A DNA stretch of 64,000 bases, from assembly GCA_963827655.1 (NCBI GenBank), contig CAWHCF010000047.1, forward strand, positions 1 through 64,000, written 5' to 3'. Positions 40,700 to 50,119 of this stretch are shown here, piece by piece (position 1 is the stretch's first letter; every line of letters begins with the position of its first letter). The notes beneath the pieces were generated by a model that did not search any database, was not told where the DNA came from, and worked only from the letters and a program-made list of their open reading frames with translations. The stretch is from an uncultured Acidobacteriota bacterium. GTDB taxonomy: Bacteria > Acidobacteriota > UBA6911. The position numbers were made by a program, and so were the translations under genes.

Positions 40700-41364
40700 G
40701 TAGACGATTTCGCGACCGGACCGATGCCGGTCGCGCGCTGGGAGTCCGGCTCGCCGCGTACGCCCACAGGCCTGACGTATCAGTCCTCGCACTTCCGCGC
40801 GGCGGAGTCCCGGTAGCGTTCGAAATTGCCAAGGCTCTTCAAGCGCCCCTGGACGTTTTCCTCGTGCGAAAACTGGGGGTCCCCGGACGCGAAGAGCTGG
40901 CGATGGGTGCGATAGCGACGGGCGGTGTGCGAGTCCTGAACCAGGAAATAGTTCGGGGCTTTCACATCCCCGATCACCTGATTGAGCGCGTCTCGCGAGA
41001 TGAAGAACTTGAACTCAACCGGCGCGAACGGGCTTACCGTGGCGACCGGCCGCCCCTGGAGGTGGCCGGTCGCGCGGCTATCGTAGTGGACGATGGTCTC
41101 GCGACCGGCTCCAGCATGCGCGCTGCAACCGTCGCCCTGCGAAAACTCGAGCCGGCGCGCATCGTGGTGGCGGTTCCCGTGGCGGCGCCAGAAATCTGCA
41201 GCGAGCTTCAAACCGAGGTGGACGAGATGGTCTGTGCCCGCACTCCGGACCCATTCTACGCCGTGGGCTTGTGGTACGAAGAGTTCGATCAAACGACGGA
41301 CGACGAAGTACGCGATCTGCTCGAGCGAGCGTCGAAGGAAATATCAGCGGTACCCACTCATTGA
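40696..41364 (+). CDS. Phosphoribosyltransferase family protein
   Basis: LPRGGVPV, RKLGVPG and VVDDGLATG. Confidence 0.92.
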   Translation: MSRRFRDRTDAGRALGVRLAAYAHRPDVSVLALPRGGVPVAFEIAKALQAPLDVFLVRKLGVPGREELAMGAIATGGVRVLNQEIVRGFHIPDHLIERVSRDEELELNRRERAYRGDRPPLEVAGRAAIVVDDGLATGSSMRAATVALRKLEPARIVVAVPVAAPEICSELQTEVDEMVCARTPDPFYAVGLWYEEFDQTTDDEVRDLLERASKEISAVPTH

Positions 41365-41744
41365 CTAACCTTTGAGTCAACGGGCAGGGGGACGCACGAC
41401 GCACAGGTCTGACGAAGATCTTCGCAAAACCAGCTGTCCCACGTCAGCATCTTGTGGCGACGGGCCAAATCTGACTGTGCCTTCAGCCCGTCGCCACCAG
41501 GGCAAGTTGACCGAAGTCGTTCCGAGTAGGCTTGACGCGTGAAATCCTGATTAGCTCCCGCTGTGCCGCGCCTTGGGTGCTCGTTCTCTCAGGCATAAAC
41601 TCTTTCCCGGCCTTGACGGCCTAGCCATTTCCCGGGCGCTGGCAGCAAGCTGCCGCAGCACAAGGTGCAAGCAAGCTTAAGCAAGCTTGCGCACTCCAAA
41701 GGAGCGCCTATCGGAGTGCGGTGCTGGCTTCGCCAACCATCCAG

Positions 41745-42152
41745 TCAGCGATGGGGTCGCTTTCGACGGCGCGCGGCCTGCCGCGCCTGGCGCGCGAGAG
41801 CTGTTCTCGAAGCTGCGCCGCGCCCCTCGCGCTTCAGTGCCCGCAAAGTAGCGCGTGAGCGCTTTCGTGAGGGCCTCGACTTGCGCGTGCCTTGTCCCGC
41901 ACGATAGGCGCGGACTGCGCTGCGCCGCGTTCTTTCCGGGACGCTCCCCTTCCTGGGCGGTTTCAGCTTGACTCCGGCCTTTCGCGCCTTCGACAAGCCG
42001 ATAGCAATGGCCTGCTTGGTCGATCGAACGCCGTGCTTCCCGCTTCGAACGTGGTGGATCTCCTCACGCACGAACTCGCCCGCCTGGGTTGAAGGCGACT
42101 TCCCTTCGCGTTTTGCTTTCCGAGCGCGTTCCATGGTTTTCTTTTCCGGCAT
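41745..42152 (-). CDS. DUF6496-like basic small protein
   Basis: STQAGEFVREE..H.R.GKHG..KQAIAIGLSKAR; start at MPEKK. Confidence 0.75.
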   Translation of the reverse strand: MPEKKTMERARKAKREGKSPSTQAGEFVREEIHHVRSGKHGVRSTKQAIAIGLSKARKAGVKLKPPRKGSVPERTRRSAVRAYRAGQGTRKSRPSRKRSRATLRALKREGRGAASRTALARQARQAARRRKRPHR

Positions 42153-42186
42153 GTTTCTCCCCTTCCTGCTTGCTCGTGGTTTTCTC

Positions 42187-42397
42187 TTAGCGGTTGCCCG
42201 AACCGAGGCAGATCTGACAGGTTCCGGTACCCAGACACTCCACGCACTTTCTCGAAGCGCCGGGCGAGTCACTCCGGATCTTCTCGGAAACCACGCTCGG
42301 TCCCGGCAGGTTGGAGTGGCGTGATCCGGTTCCGCTAACACCTGGAACATTTGCCTGTTCCCTGGCAGCTGGCACAGACTGCAGTTTCAACTTTCAT
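42187..42397 (-). CDS. DnaJ-type zinc-finger microprotein (4 x CxxCxGxG), one 1-nt insertion near 42337
   Basis: Joining two frames gives CASCQGTG, CSRCSGTG, CVECLGTG and CQICLGSG in about 69 aa, with GGAGGA upstream. Confidence 0.7.
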
Positions 42398-43096
42398 GAC
42401 AATCCTCCATGTTTTCCACCGGACGAGAGGTGCGCAATTACCGTGCCTCAGCCTTCGGGTGCATTTGTTGTTCATAGCGTTGAGCTTATGGACTTTCGCG
42501 GCGGCGGCCGCCAGGAACGAACGAGAGCCACGCCTGGAAAGTTTACCCTGTTCGGATTTGAGCACCCATTGGCGCTGCAAGGTTCGGAAAGACGTCGAAA
42601 GTGCTTGTTTCTGCCATGGAGAGCACTCGCACAGTCTAGATGTGGTGCAGTGAGGGATGGCAGTTCTGCGAAAGTTGGGCGAACAACGCCCGTACCATCG
42701 GATTTGTTTGCGGGTTCGTCTTGATGACGTGCACTGCAAGTAAATCTTCGCTTCAAACCGAAGAATCACGCAATCCGAAGCGCCATTTTTTCGATGGTCC
42801 TTGTGTGGCACGATCAGGTTTGGTAGCAACACCTAGGAGCAGGTGCGAGAATGCTGTCTGAGATCGAAGAGGGCCCGCCTGGCCGACGATATCGCGGAGA
42901 CTTCGAAGGCCATCGCTGGTTCTTTTTCGAGAAGGACAAAGGATGACGCCAGGACCTGGCTACTTGCAGCCGACAAACGGCGCTCGGAAGTGAGACCTCG
43001 ATACGCGATACGTAACCCAACTGCCCCCGGCATATTAAAGATGGGCTAGGTGCCACAAGACTGTGGATTTCTGCCTAGCAGGTTGAGCCGACAAAT

Positions 43097-46000
43097 ATGA
43101 GCAACTCGAACTCAAGCGGAGAGCCGGCTCAGCAGCAACGTCGGATTTTCCTGAGTTACGGTCACGACTCGTTTATCGCGCTGGCGCGGCAGTTAAAGAT
43201 CGACCTGGAAGCGGCCGGCTTTCATGTCTGGTTCGATGAAGAGAGGCTCATGACCGGCACAGATTGGGAGGTCTATATAGAGGACGGCCTCGACTGGGTC
43301 GCCTCCGCCGCTGACGCCGGCTTCTTCTTGCTGCTCATGACCCCCCACTCCGTCCGTCGACCGGACGGCTTCTGCTTGAACGAACTCGCGCGAACCCTGT
43401 CGCGCGGCATCCCGCTTTATCCGATCATGGTCGAAAGCTGCGAACCGCCTCTCTCCATCGCGAGGCTACAGTGGCTGGATATGCAGGATTGTCTGCCGCT
43501 GGATGACCGACCTGAGCGGTACCGTCAGGCGCTGTCTCGACTGCTGAAGGCCCTGGAAGTTGGACAGGTAGAACCTACCGGAAAGTGGGCCTGGTTCCGC
43601 AAACAGTTCGGACCAATATCGTTCGAGGCCGAAATGAAGCCCCACCTGGCCCACTTCGTCGGCCGTCAGTGGGTGCTCGATGAAATCCAGGCGTGGCTTG
43701 CGGACCCTGAGGGCTCGAGCATATTCCGGATCATTGCGGAGCCAGGCGTCGGCAAGACGGCGCTGGCCACTCAACTCTGCCATAGATTGAAAGGGGTGCT
43801 TGCCTTCCACTTCTGCAAGTTCGGTCACAGCCTGAAGATCGACGCCAGGAAGTGTGTTCTTTCCCTGACCTACCAGCTGGCAACCCAAATTCCGGGCTAT
43901 GCGTCTTCCTTGGAGGCCTTGGATCTCTCCCAGATCACCACGGAAGAGAACGCTCGGTCCGTCTTCGACGCGCTTATCAGCCAGCCACTTTCCAGGCTCA
44001 CTGGTTCGCGCGAGCATGCATGCTGTATCGTGATCGATGCCCTTGACGAGGCCACCTTCGAGGGTCGGAACACCATCGCCGAGGTGATTGCTTCCGAGTT
44101 TGCGAATGTGCCGAGCTGGTTACGGCTCATCGTCACCAGCCGGCCAGAGCCGGATGTGGCCTTCCACCTTCAGGCCTACGATCCCTACATACTGGATGCA
44201 GGTTCGGCCGAGAACGCGGAAGACTTGTGTCGCTACCTGGATGGCCGTCTGCGGTCGCTGACGGCTCCTCCGGAAGCCGTAGATGCCGCTATTTCAAGCA
44301 TCCTGGCCAAGAGTGAGGGCAGCTTCCTCTTCGCCAAATGGGTTGTCGATGACCTGCAAGCGAACCGTATCGAACTGAGTCAGATCGGGCAGCTCTCGAA
44401 AGGGCTCAGCGGCGTTTATGCCGGATTCCTTTCCAGGCAGTTCCCGGATACCCAGCGGTACGACGAGCAATGCCGGCCGGCCCTGGAACTCATCGTCGCC
44501 GCGCGGCGACCGCTGCCTCCGAGCCTGATAGGCAACGCCCTCGGCTGGGACCGGCGACAGCTCCGAGACCTCCGGCGGAGCGTGGGCACGCTGTTTCCCG
44601 AATCAGAGGAAGGACTCCGACCCTTTCACAAATCCTTGAGTGACTGGCTGACCAACGAGCGGCTATCGGGTTCCTATTTTACTGCGATTGAGGACGGACA
44701 CCGGGCGCTCGCGAAAGCTGGACTCCGGCAGTGGGGTGCCGCTCCCGAAAAGTTAGATCCTTACTTCAAGGCCCATCTTCCTTATCACCTGGCCAACGCT
44801 TCGCAACCGATTGAGGCCGCGGCGATACTCAGAGACCCTCAATTTCTCCAGCATCGGTGCGATGCCGGTTTTCTCTTCGAAGCTATCCAGGACTACGAAC
44901 GGTTGCAGGATCCGGCTTTGCAGGCCATTGGCCGAGCTCTCAGCCTCTCTGCCGCACCGCTCGGCAGGGACTCATCCCAACTGCCGAGCCAACTTGTCGG
45001 ACGGCTCAGTCGGAGACCCGAACCAGCATTGCAGACCTTCCTGGAAAACCTCGACCAGCACACAAGCTTTGCGTGGCTTCGACCCCGTTTCTCGCCCCTG
45101 GCCGGCCCGGAGATACGGCTGAAGAGATACTGGAAGGCTCTGCCAAGAGTTTTCGAGTGTCGCATGATACTTTCCCAGGACGAGCAACTACTGGCCCTGA
45201 TTGGATCCGAGCAAGAACACTATTTTCGCTGCCACGACGGCCAGACCGTCGCCTCGGACCTGGCTCGGTTCGAATTGGGCGCGATCGACTCTGGTCTGTC
45301 GCGCCAACAGCTTAGCAGCCATCTCTGGGAGGTACTGCCTACGAATCACTGGTCCCAGCGCGTTGAGCGGGGCGCGATTACCGCGGTCGCAAAGTGGTAC
45401 GACAGAGAAACAGGATGGATGAGAACGTTACCAGCTTTTGTTTCCGAACTGGAGTTGAGGGTGAAGGATACCTTGGTTCCGCTCCAACCTAGCAGCGACG
45501 TGACCCTCGCCCTGTCAGTTACGGAAGACGAACGCCACCTTGTGGGTGGCGGCCGGAGCGGTCGAGTCGCGGTCTGGCGGGTTGAGGATGGCCACCTCTT
45601 GCATGATTTCCAGGTTTGCCGGACTCCCATTATCGCGATCGCCGCCACGCGAGACTTCAAGAGCGTTTTCTTTTTGACGGCCGATGGATTTCTTGGCATC
45701 TCTGCGATCCAGAGGGGCGACCCTGCTGAGCAGGCGCCCCTTGACACGAGGCGCGAATCGATCGGTTTATTCCTCGCCCCTGGCGGCGAATGGGTCGCCG
45801 CGGTTGCCAGGGACGGCAATGTCACTCAATGGAACCTCCAGACGGGTGAGAGCATGTACGAGGGCCGCGCACCCACTCCAGTCCATAAAGTCGATTTCTC
45901 TGCCAGCCAGGACCTGCGCTTCATCACCATTGAAGGGCCGGGCATGGACTACTACGATGGCAACATATTTGTGGTCCATGACTTGCTGGCAGGTCAAGAG

Positions 46001-46774
46001 GTCTACAGAGGTGCATCGGCGTTGAAAGAGTACCGTTGGAATCCGGCACTAGGTATCCTGCGGGACCGCGCGATCCTTCAGACTGACGCCATAAGCATTA
46101 ACCGTGATATGTACCACATCGACCTCAAAACGGGCGAGCTACGCACGGGGCCAGCACCAGATTCCACCGAACCACTGCCCTGGCTTGATCGGAGGTATCA
46201 GCTTTACGGCCGCGCGGGCTTTTGTCAGATCAGCGAAAACGGTCACGAGGTTCTGGTCTGGCTCAAGGGAGAGGAGGACCGATTCGTCAGCTTCACAGCG
46301 GACCAGCACATCGTGGACGTGGCCGTCGCTCGAGACAGAGCCGTTGTCGTAGCACTGGGGCTTCTTGGCCAAGTGTACGTACTCGACCTCATCCAGGGCA
46401 CCTTGATCCAGAAGTCTCTCCCAGCCGTATTGCCGCCATGGCTGATCTTGAAGGAAGAACTGGCGCAACTGGCCGCACCTGTGGCGGACCAGCTTCAACT
46501 CTTCGCGGGGCAAGGTGAAAATAGCTCCAGGGCATTGTTGTTGGCTTCGAATGTCTTCCGTCTGGCAGTTGAATTGCTGAGCTACGGCGAGGACCATTTG
46601 GCCCCGCGCCAACTGGAGACGTTGAAACAAGTCGCCGCGTTCTGGGAAAGTGCTGAGGACTCATTTTGGTCGAGACACGAGGATCCTCTGAAGGATTTCA
46701 TACAGTCGGAGCAGTGGGCTCAGTTACGGCGAATGGCGCAGGAGACACTGCGCACATTCGACAATGAGCGATGA
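43097..46774 (+). CDS. TIR - STAND/NACHT-like NTPase - WD40-like beta-propeller protein (bacterial NLR-like)
   Basis: IFLSYGH..VWFD..CLNEL (TIR), AEPGVGKT, IVIDALDE, LIVTSRP, FHKSL and WD-like repeats. Confidence 0.88.
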   Translation: MSNSNSSGEPAQQQRRIFLSYGHDSFIALARQLKIDLEAAGFHVWFDEERLMTGTDWEVYIEDGLDWVASAADAGFFLLLMTPHSVRRPDGFCLNELARTLSRGIPLYPIMVESCEPPLSIARLQWLDMQDCLPLDDRPERYRQALSRLLKALEVGQVEPTGKWAWFRKQFGPISFEAEMKPHLAHFVGRQWVLDEIQAWLADPEGSSIFRIIAEPGVGKTALATQLCHRLKGVLAFHFCKFGHSLKIDARKCVLSLTYQLATQIPGYASSLEALDLSQITTEENARSVFDALISQPLSRLTGSREHACCIVIDALDEATFEGRNTIAEVIASEFANVPSWLRLIVTSRPEPDVAFHLQAYDPYILDAGSAENAEDLCRYLDGRLRSLTAPPEAVDAAISSILAKSEGSFLFAKWVVDDLQANRIELSQIGQLSKGLSGVYAGFLSRQFPDTQRYDEQCRPALELIVAARRPLPPSLIGNALGWDRRQLRDLRRSVGTLFPESEEGLRPFHKSLSDWLTNERLSGSYFTAIEDGHRALAKAGLRQWGAAPEKLDPYFKAHLPYHLANASQPIEAAAILRDPQFLQHRCDAGFLFEAIQDYERLQDPALQAIGRALSLSAAPLGRDSSQLPSQLVGRLSRRPEPALQTFLENLDQHTSFAWLRPRFSPLAGPEIRLKRYWKALPRVFECRMILSQDEQLLALIGSEQEHYFRCHDGQTVASDLARFELGAIDSGLSRQQLSSHLWEVLPTNHWSQRVERGAITAVAKWYDRETGWMRTLPAFVSELELRVKDTLVPLQPSSDVTLALSVTEDERHLVGGGRSGRVAVWRVEDGHLLHDFQVCRTPIIAIAATRDFKSVFFLTADGFLGISAIQRGDPAEQAPLDTRRESIGLFLAPGGEWVAAVARDGNVTQWNLQTGESMYEGRAPTPVHKVDFSASQDLRFITIEGPGMDYYDGNIFVVHDLLAGQEVYRGASALKEYRWNPALGILRDRAILQTDAISINRDMYHIDLKTGELRTGPAPDSTEPLPWLDRRYQLYGRAGFCQISENGHEVLVWLKGEEDRFVSFTADQHIVDVAVARDRAVVVALGLLGQVYVLDLIQGTLIQKSLPAVLPPWLILKEELAQLAAPVADQLQLFAGQGENSSRALLLASNVFRLAVELLSYGEDHLAPRQLETLKQVAAFWESAEDSFWSRHEDPLKDFIQSEQWAQLRRMAQETLRTFDNER

Positions 46775-46916
46775 GGACGAAGTTGTCTTCGCCAGCGCCC
46801 TCGTTACGTTGTCGACGGGCGAGAGGCCAAGATGCGGCACAGCGTGTGCTGTGCGCCCTTGAATTCTGATTCCCGGCTGAAATCAGTCGCCCTGCTCAAT
46901 ACTTACTCGAAGTCGA

Positions 46917-46948
46917 TTCTGGCTTCTGACTCCTTGCTTCTGACTTCT
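46917..46948. repeat. Heptamer array (TTCTGAC-type)
   Basis: TTCTGGC TTCTGAC TCCTTGC TTCTGAC TTCT, just past the dnaE2 stop. Confidence 0.65.
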
Positions 46949-46975
46949 CAAGTTCCCACGAGCCCCTTGGCTGGT

Positions 46976-49900
46976 TTAATGAAAATCGTGCGAGACCGTG
47001 GCGGGAGGAAGGGGAAGCGGCTCAACACTCCGCGCCTTCACTGAGATTACGTTCTCCTGATTCTGCAAGATGCCCTGAATGAGCAGAAAGGGTTCGTTTA
47101 CCAGCGCAACACGGTGGTGATCGAAAATGTCGGGGGTAACGATTATGTTCGAAATGCCGGTTTCATCTTCCAAACTTAAAAAGACAAACCCGTTGGCCGT
47201 ACCCGGACGCTGGCGCACGATGACGCACCCCGCTACCCGTACAGGCTGGCCATCCGGAATTCTTTGTAAATCCAGAGCGCGCAAAACGCCTATTCTCTTC
47301 AATTCATTGCGGCGGTAAGCAAGAGGATGATGGCCAATGGTCAGCCCGGTTCCGCGAAAGTCTGCGGCCATACGCTCTTCGTCAGTCATCCTGGCCAGGG
47401 GTGAACGGCTGTTTGATTCCGGAAGCTCCTGAAACAAAGGACCGGTGGGGCGTGATGCGCGCTCGGTTTCCCAGAGAGCGTCGCGGCGATGTTTTTTTTC
47501 GCTGACTTTCGATGGGATGAAGTTAAGGGCGCCTATTTCCGCCAGCAGTGTGAGCTCATTCTTTCGCAGCTCGGGAACACGCGCTGCGAGATCGTCGATC
47601 CCCTGGATAGCGAACCGCGCGCGTTCCTGGAGTAATGCGCGGGCGGCCTCTTCGCGAAGGCCCTTGGCGTAGCAAAGTCCCAGGCGCAAGCACTTTTCAC
47701 CCTGCTCTTCTTCTATGGTGCAAAGCCAGTTGGAGCGCGTGACGTCAATCGGCTTGATTCTCAAACCATGGCGTTGTCCGTCTTTGATGATGGTAGACGA
47801 GTGGTAAAAACCCATTGGCTGGTTGTTGAGCAATGCGGCGGTGAATGCAGGAAGGTAATGGCACTTCAGGTAGGCGCTGGCGTAAGCCAGCAGGGCAAAG
47901 CTCGCCGCATGAGATTCGGGAAAGCCATAGAGCGCGAATGATGTAATGGACTGCACGATGCGTTCCTGTGTCTCTTGATCGATTCCCTTACGATCCATGC
48001 CGCGCCGCAGTTTGATCTCAACTTCCCGCATGCGAGTTTCCGAGCGTTTGAACCCGAGAGCACGGCGCAGTTCCTCGGCTTCCCCGCCCGAGAATCCGGC
48101 GCAAATCATGGCCATTCTCAGCAACTGTTCTTGAAACAGGGGAACCCCAAGCGTGCGGCGAAGCACCGGTTCGAGCGAAGGGTGAAGACAGTCGGGGGGC
48201 TCGCGCCTCTGGCGGCGTCTGATATAAGGATGAACCATTTTGCCGACAATCGGACCGGGGCGGATGATCGCCACCTGGACCACGAGATCGTAAAAAGTTT
48301 TGGGACAGAGACGCGGGAGAGAGGCCATTTGGGCACGGCTCTCCACCTGAAACATTCCGATCGTGTCGGCTTTTTGTAAAGCAGCGTAAACCGCCGGATC
48401 ATCTTGCGGAAGGTGCGCGAGATCGACCTCTTCCCGGTATGAGTCGCGTATCAATTCAATCGTATCTTCCAGCACCGCCATCATCCCGAGACCCAGCAGA
48501 TCGACCTTCAGGATGCCCATGTCGGCACAGTCCTCTTTATCCCACTGAACCACGACCCGGCCGGGCATCGTGGCGGGCTCCAGCGGAACAATGGAGTCCA
48601 GTTGCCCCTGGCAAATTACCATTCCGCCGGAATGCTGCCCCAGGTGCCGCGGGAGGTCCTGCGCCGAGACATAAAGTTGCAGAAATTTCTGAATGCGAGG
48701 ATCGGCCAGGTCGAGCCCGGCATCGCGGAACTGGCGTTCCGTCGTGTCCTTGGGATCCTTCCACTCCCAGGTCCGGACCAGGCTTGAAAGGCGGCTCAGG
48801 GTCGCTTCATCGAATCCCAGGACTTTCCCGACCTCGCGCGCGGCGGAGCGCCCGCGATAGGTAATCACATTCGCCGTCATAGCGGCGCCCAATCTCCCAT
48901 AGCGCTCGTAAACGTACTGGATGGCGCGCTCGCGATGATCGCCGCTGGGAAGGTCGAGATCGATGTCCGGCCACTCGCCCCGTTCCTCGGAAAGAAACCG
49001 CTCGAAGAGTAGCTCCATGCCCACCGGGTCGACGGCGGTAATTCCCAGCGAGTAACAAACGGCGCTGTTGGCGGCCGAGCCCCGGCCTTGAATCAAAATG
49101 CCCTGATCGCGGCAAAAATTGACGATGTCCCAAACAATCAGAAAATAGCCGGGCAGATCGAGTTTTTCGATCAGCTCCAGTTCGCGCGCAATCTGGCGGT
49201 GCGCGCGGGCATAGGTTTCAGGCGTGCGATAGCGGCGGCGGGCCCCTTCGTCCGTGCGCCGGCGCAGAAACGATATCATCGTCTCGCCGGCCGGGACCGG
49301 GTACTTAGGGAACTCGTATCCTAAATCGGCAAGCGTGAAATCGAGCCGCCCGGAGAGTTCTACCGTGTTGGCGATGGCTTCGGGCTGATCGGCGAAAAGT
49401 TCCGACATGACGGCGGCCGGCTTCAAGTATCGTTCGGAGTTTCTGGCCAGGAGACGGCCCGCCGAATCGAGACGCGTCTTCTTGCGCACGCATGTGAGCA
49501 CGTCCAATAGTTCGCGCTGCTCCGGAACGGCATGGCGCGCTTCATTGGTAGCGAGCAAGGGGAGCCGGAGTCTGCGGGCTATTTCAATCACGCCCTGGTT
49601 GCGAGCTTCTTCCTCGCGGCTGAAATGGCGTTGCAGCTCGGCATATACTCCCTTTTTTCCGAACACCTGCGACATCCATTCAGCCCGGCGGCTTGCGTCC
49701 TCGAGTCCGCTTCGAAGTGAAAAGGCCAGCGGCCCCTCCTCCCCGCCGGTCAGGCAGATCAGACCCCCGGCGTGCTCCGCAATTTCTTCCAGCGTCGCCC
49801 GGCCTTCCCCTTTTTTGGCGCGCAATTTCATCTTCGTGACCAGCCGGCAGAGATTCTGATACCCCGCGCGGTTTTGAACCAGCAAGGGCCAGCGGCTCCC

Positions 49901-50119
49901 CTCGAAGGTAGTGATTTCCGAGCCGATGTGGGCCCGGATTCCCAGTTTCTTTGCCGCTAAATGGAATCGAGGCGCGCCGTAAACGCCGTCGTGATCGAGC
50001 AGCGCCAACGCAGGGCTGCCGAGTTCGGCCGAGCGGGACGCCATCTCCTCCGGAAGCGACGCTCCTTCAAGAAAACTGAAGGCGGAGCAGGCGTGAAGCT
50101 CAACGTACGATTCAGTCAT
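46976..50119 (-). CDS. dnaE2: Error-prone DNA polymerase III alpha subunit
   Basis: YVELH..SAFSFL.GAS, GRGSAANS, PDIDLD, YGFPESH and RQRPGTA. Confidence 0.96.
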   Translation of the reverse strand: MTESYVELHACSAFSFLEGASLPEEMASRSAELGSPALALLDHDGVYGAPRFHLAAKKLGIRAHIGSEITTFEGSRWPLLVQNRAGYQNLCRLVTKMKLRAKKGEGRATLEEIAEHAGGLICLTGGEEGPLAFSLRSGLEDASRRAEWMSQVFGKKGVYAELQRHFSREEEARNQGVIEIARRLRLPLLATNEARHAVPEQRELLDVLTCVRKKTRLDSAGRLLARNSERYLKPAAVMSELFADQPEAIANTVELSGRLDFTLADLGYEFPKYPVPAGETMISFLRRRTDEGARRRYRTPETYARAHRQIARELELIEKLDLPGYFLIVWDIVNFCRDQGILIQGRGSAANSAVCYSLGITAVDPVGMELLFERFLSEERGEWPDIDLDLPSGDHRERAIQYVYERYGRLGAAMTANVITYRGRSAAREVGKVLGFDEATLSRLSSLVRTWEWKDPKDTTERQFRDAGLDLADPRIQKFLQLYVSAQDLPRHLGQHSGGMVICQGQLDSIVPLEPATMPGRVVVQWDKEDCADMGILKVDLLGLGMMAVLEDTIELIRDSYREEVDLAHLPQDDPAVYAALQKADTIGMFQVESRAQMASLPRLCPKTFYDLVVQVAIIRPGPIVGKMVHPYIRRRQRREPPDCLHPSLEPVLRRTLGVPLFQEQLLRMAMICAGFSGGEAEELRRALGFKRSETRMREVEIKLRRGMDRKGIDQETQERIVQSITSFALYGFPESHAASFALLAYASAYLKCHYLPAFTAALLNNQPMGFYHSSTIIKDGQRHGLRIKPIDVTRSNWLCTIEEEQGEKCLRLGLCYAKGLREEAARALLQERARFAIQGIDDLAARVPELRKNELTLLAEIGALNFIPSKVSEKKHRRDALWETERASRPTGPLFQELPESNSRSPLARMTDEERMAADFRGTGLTIGHHPLAYRRNELKRIGVLRALDLQRIPDGQPVRVAGCVIVRQRPGTANGFVFLSLEDETGISNIIVTPDIFDHHRVALVNEPFLLIQGILQNQENVISVKARSVEPLPLPPATVSHDFH

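Noticed and set aside
42400-43090. Partner genes for the TIR-STAND protein
   Set aside because: The short overlapping ORFs show no recognisable domain, so none can be supported as a CDS.
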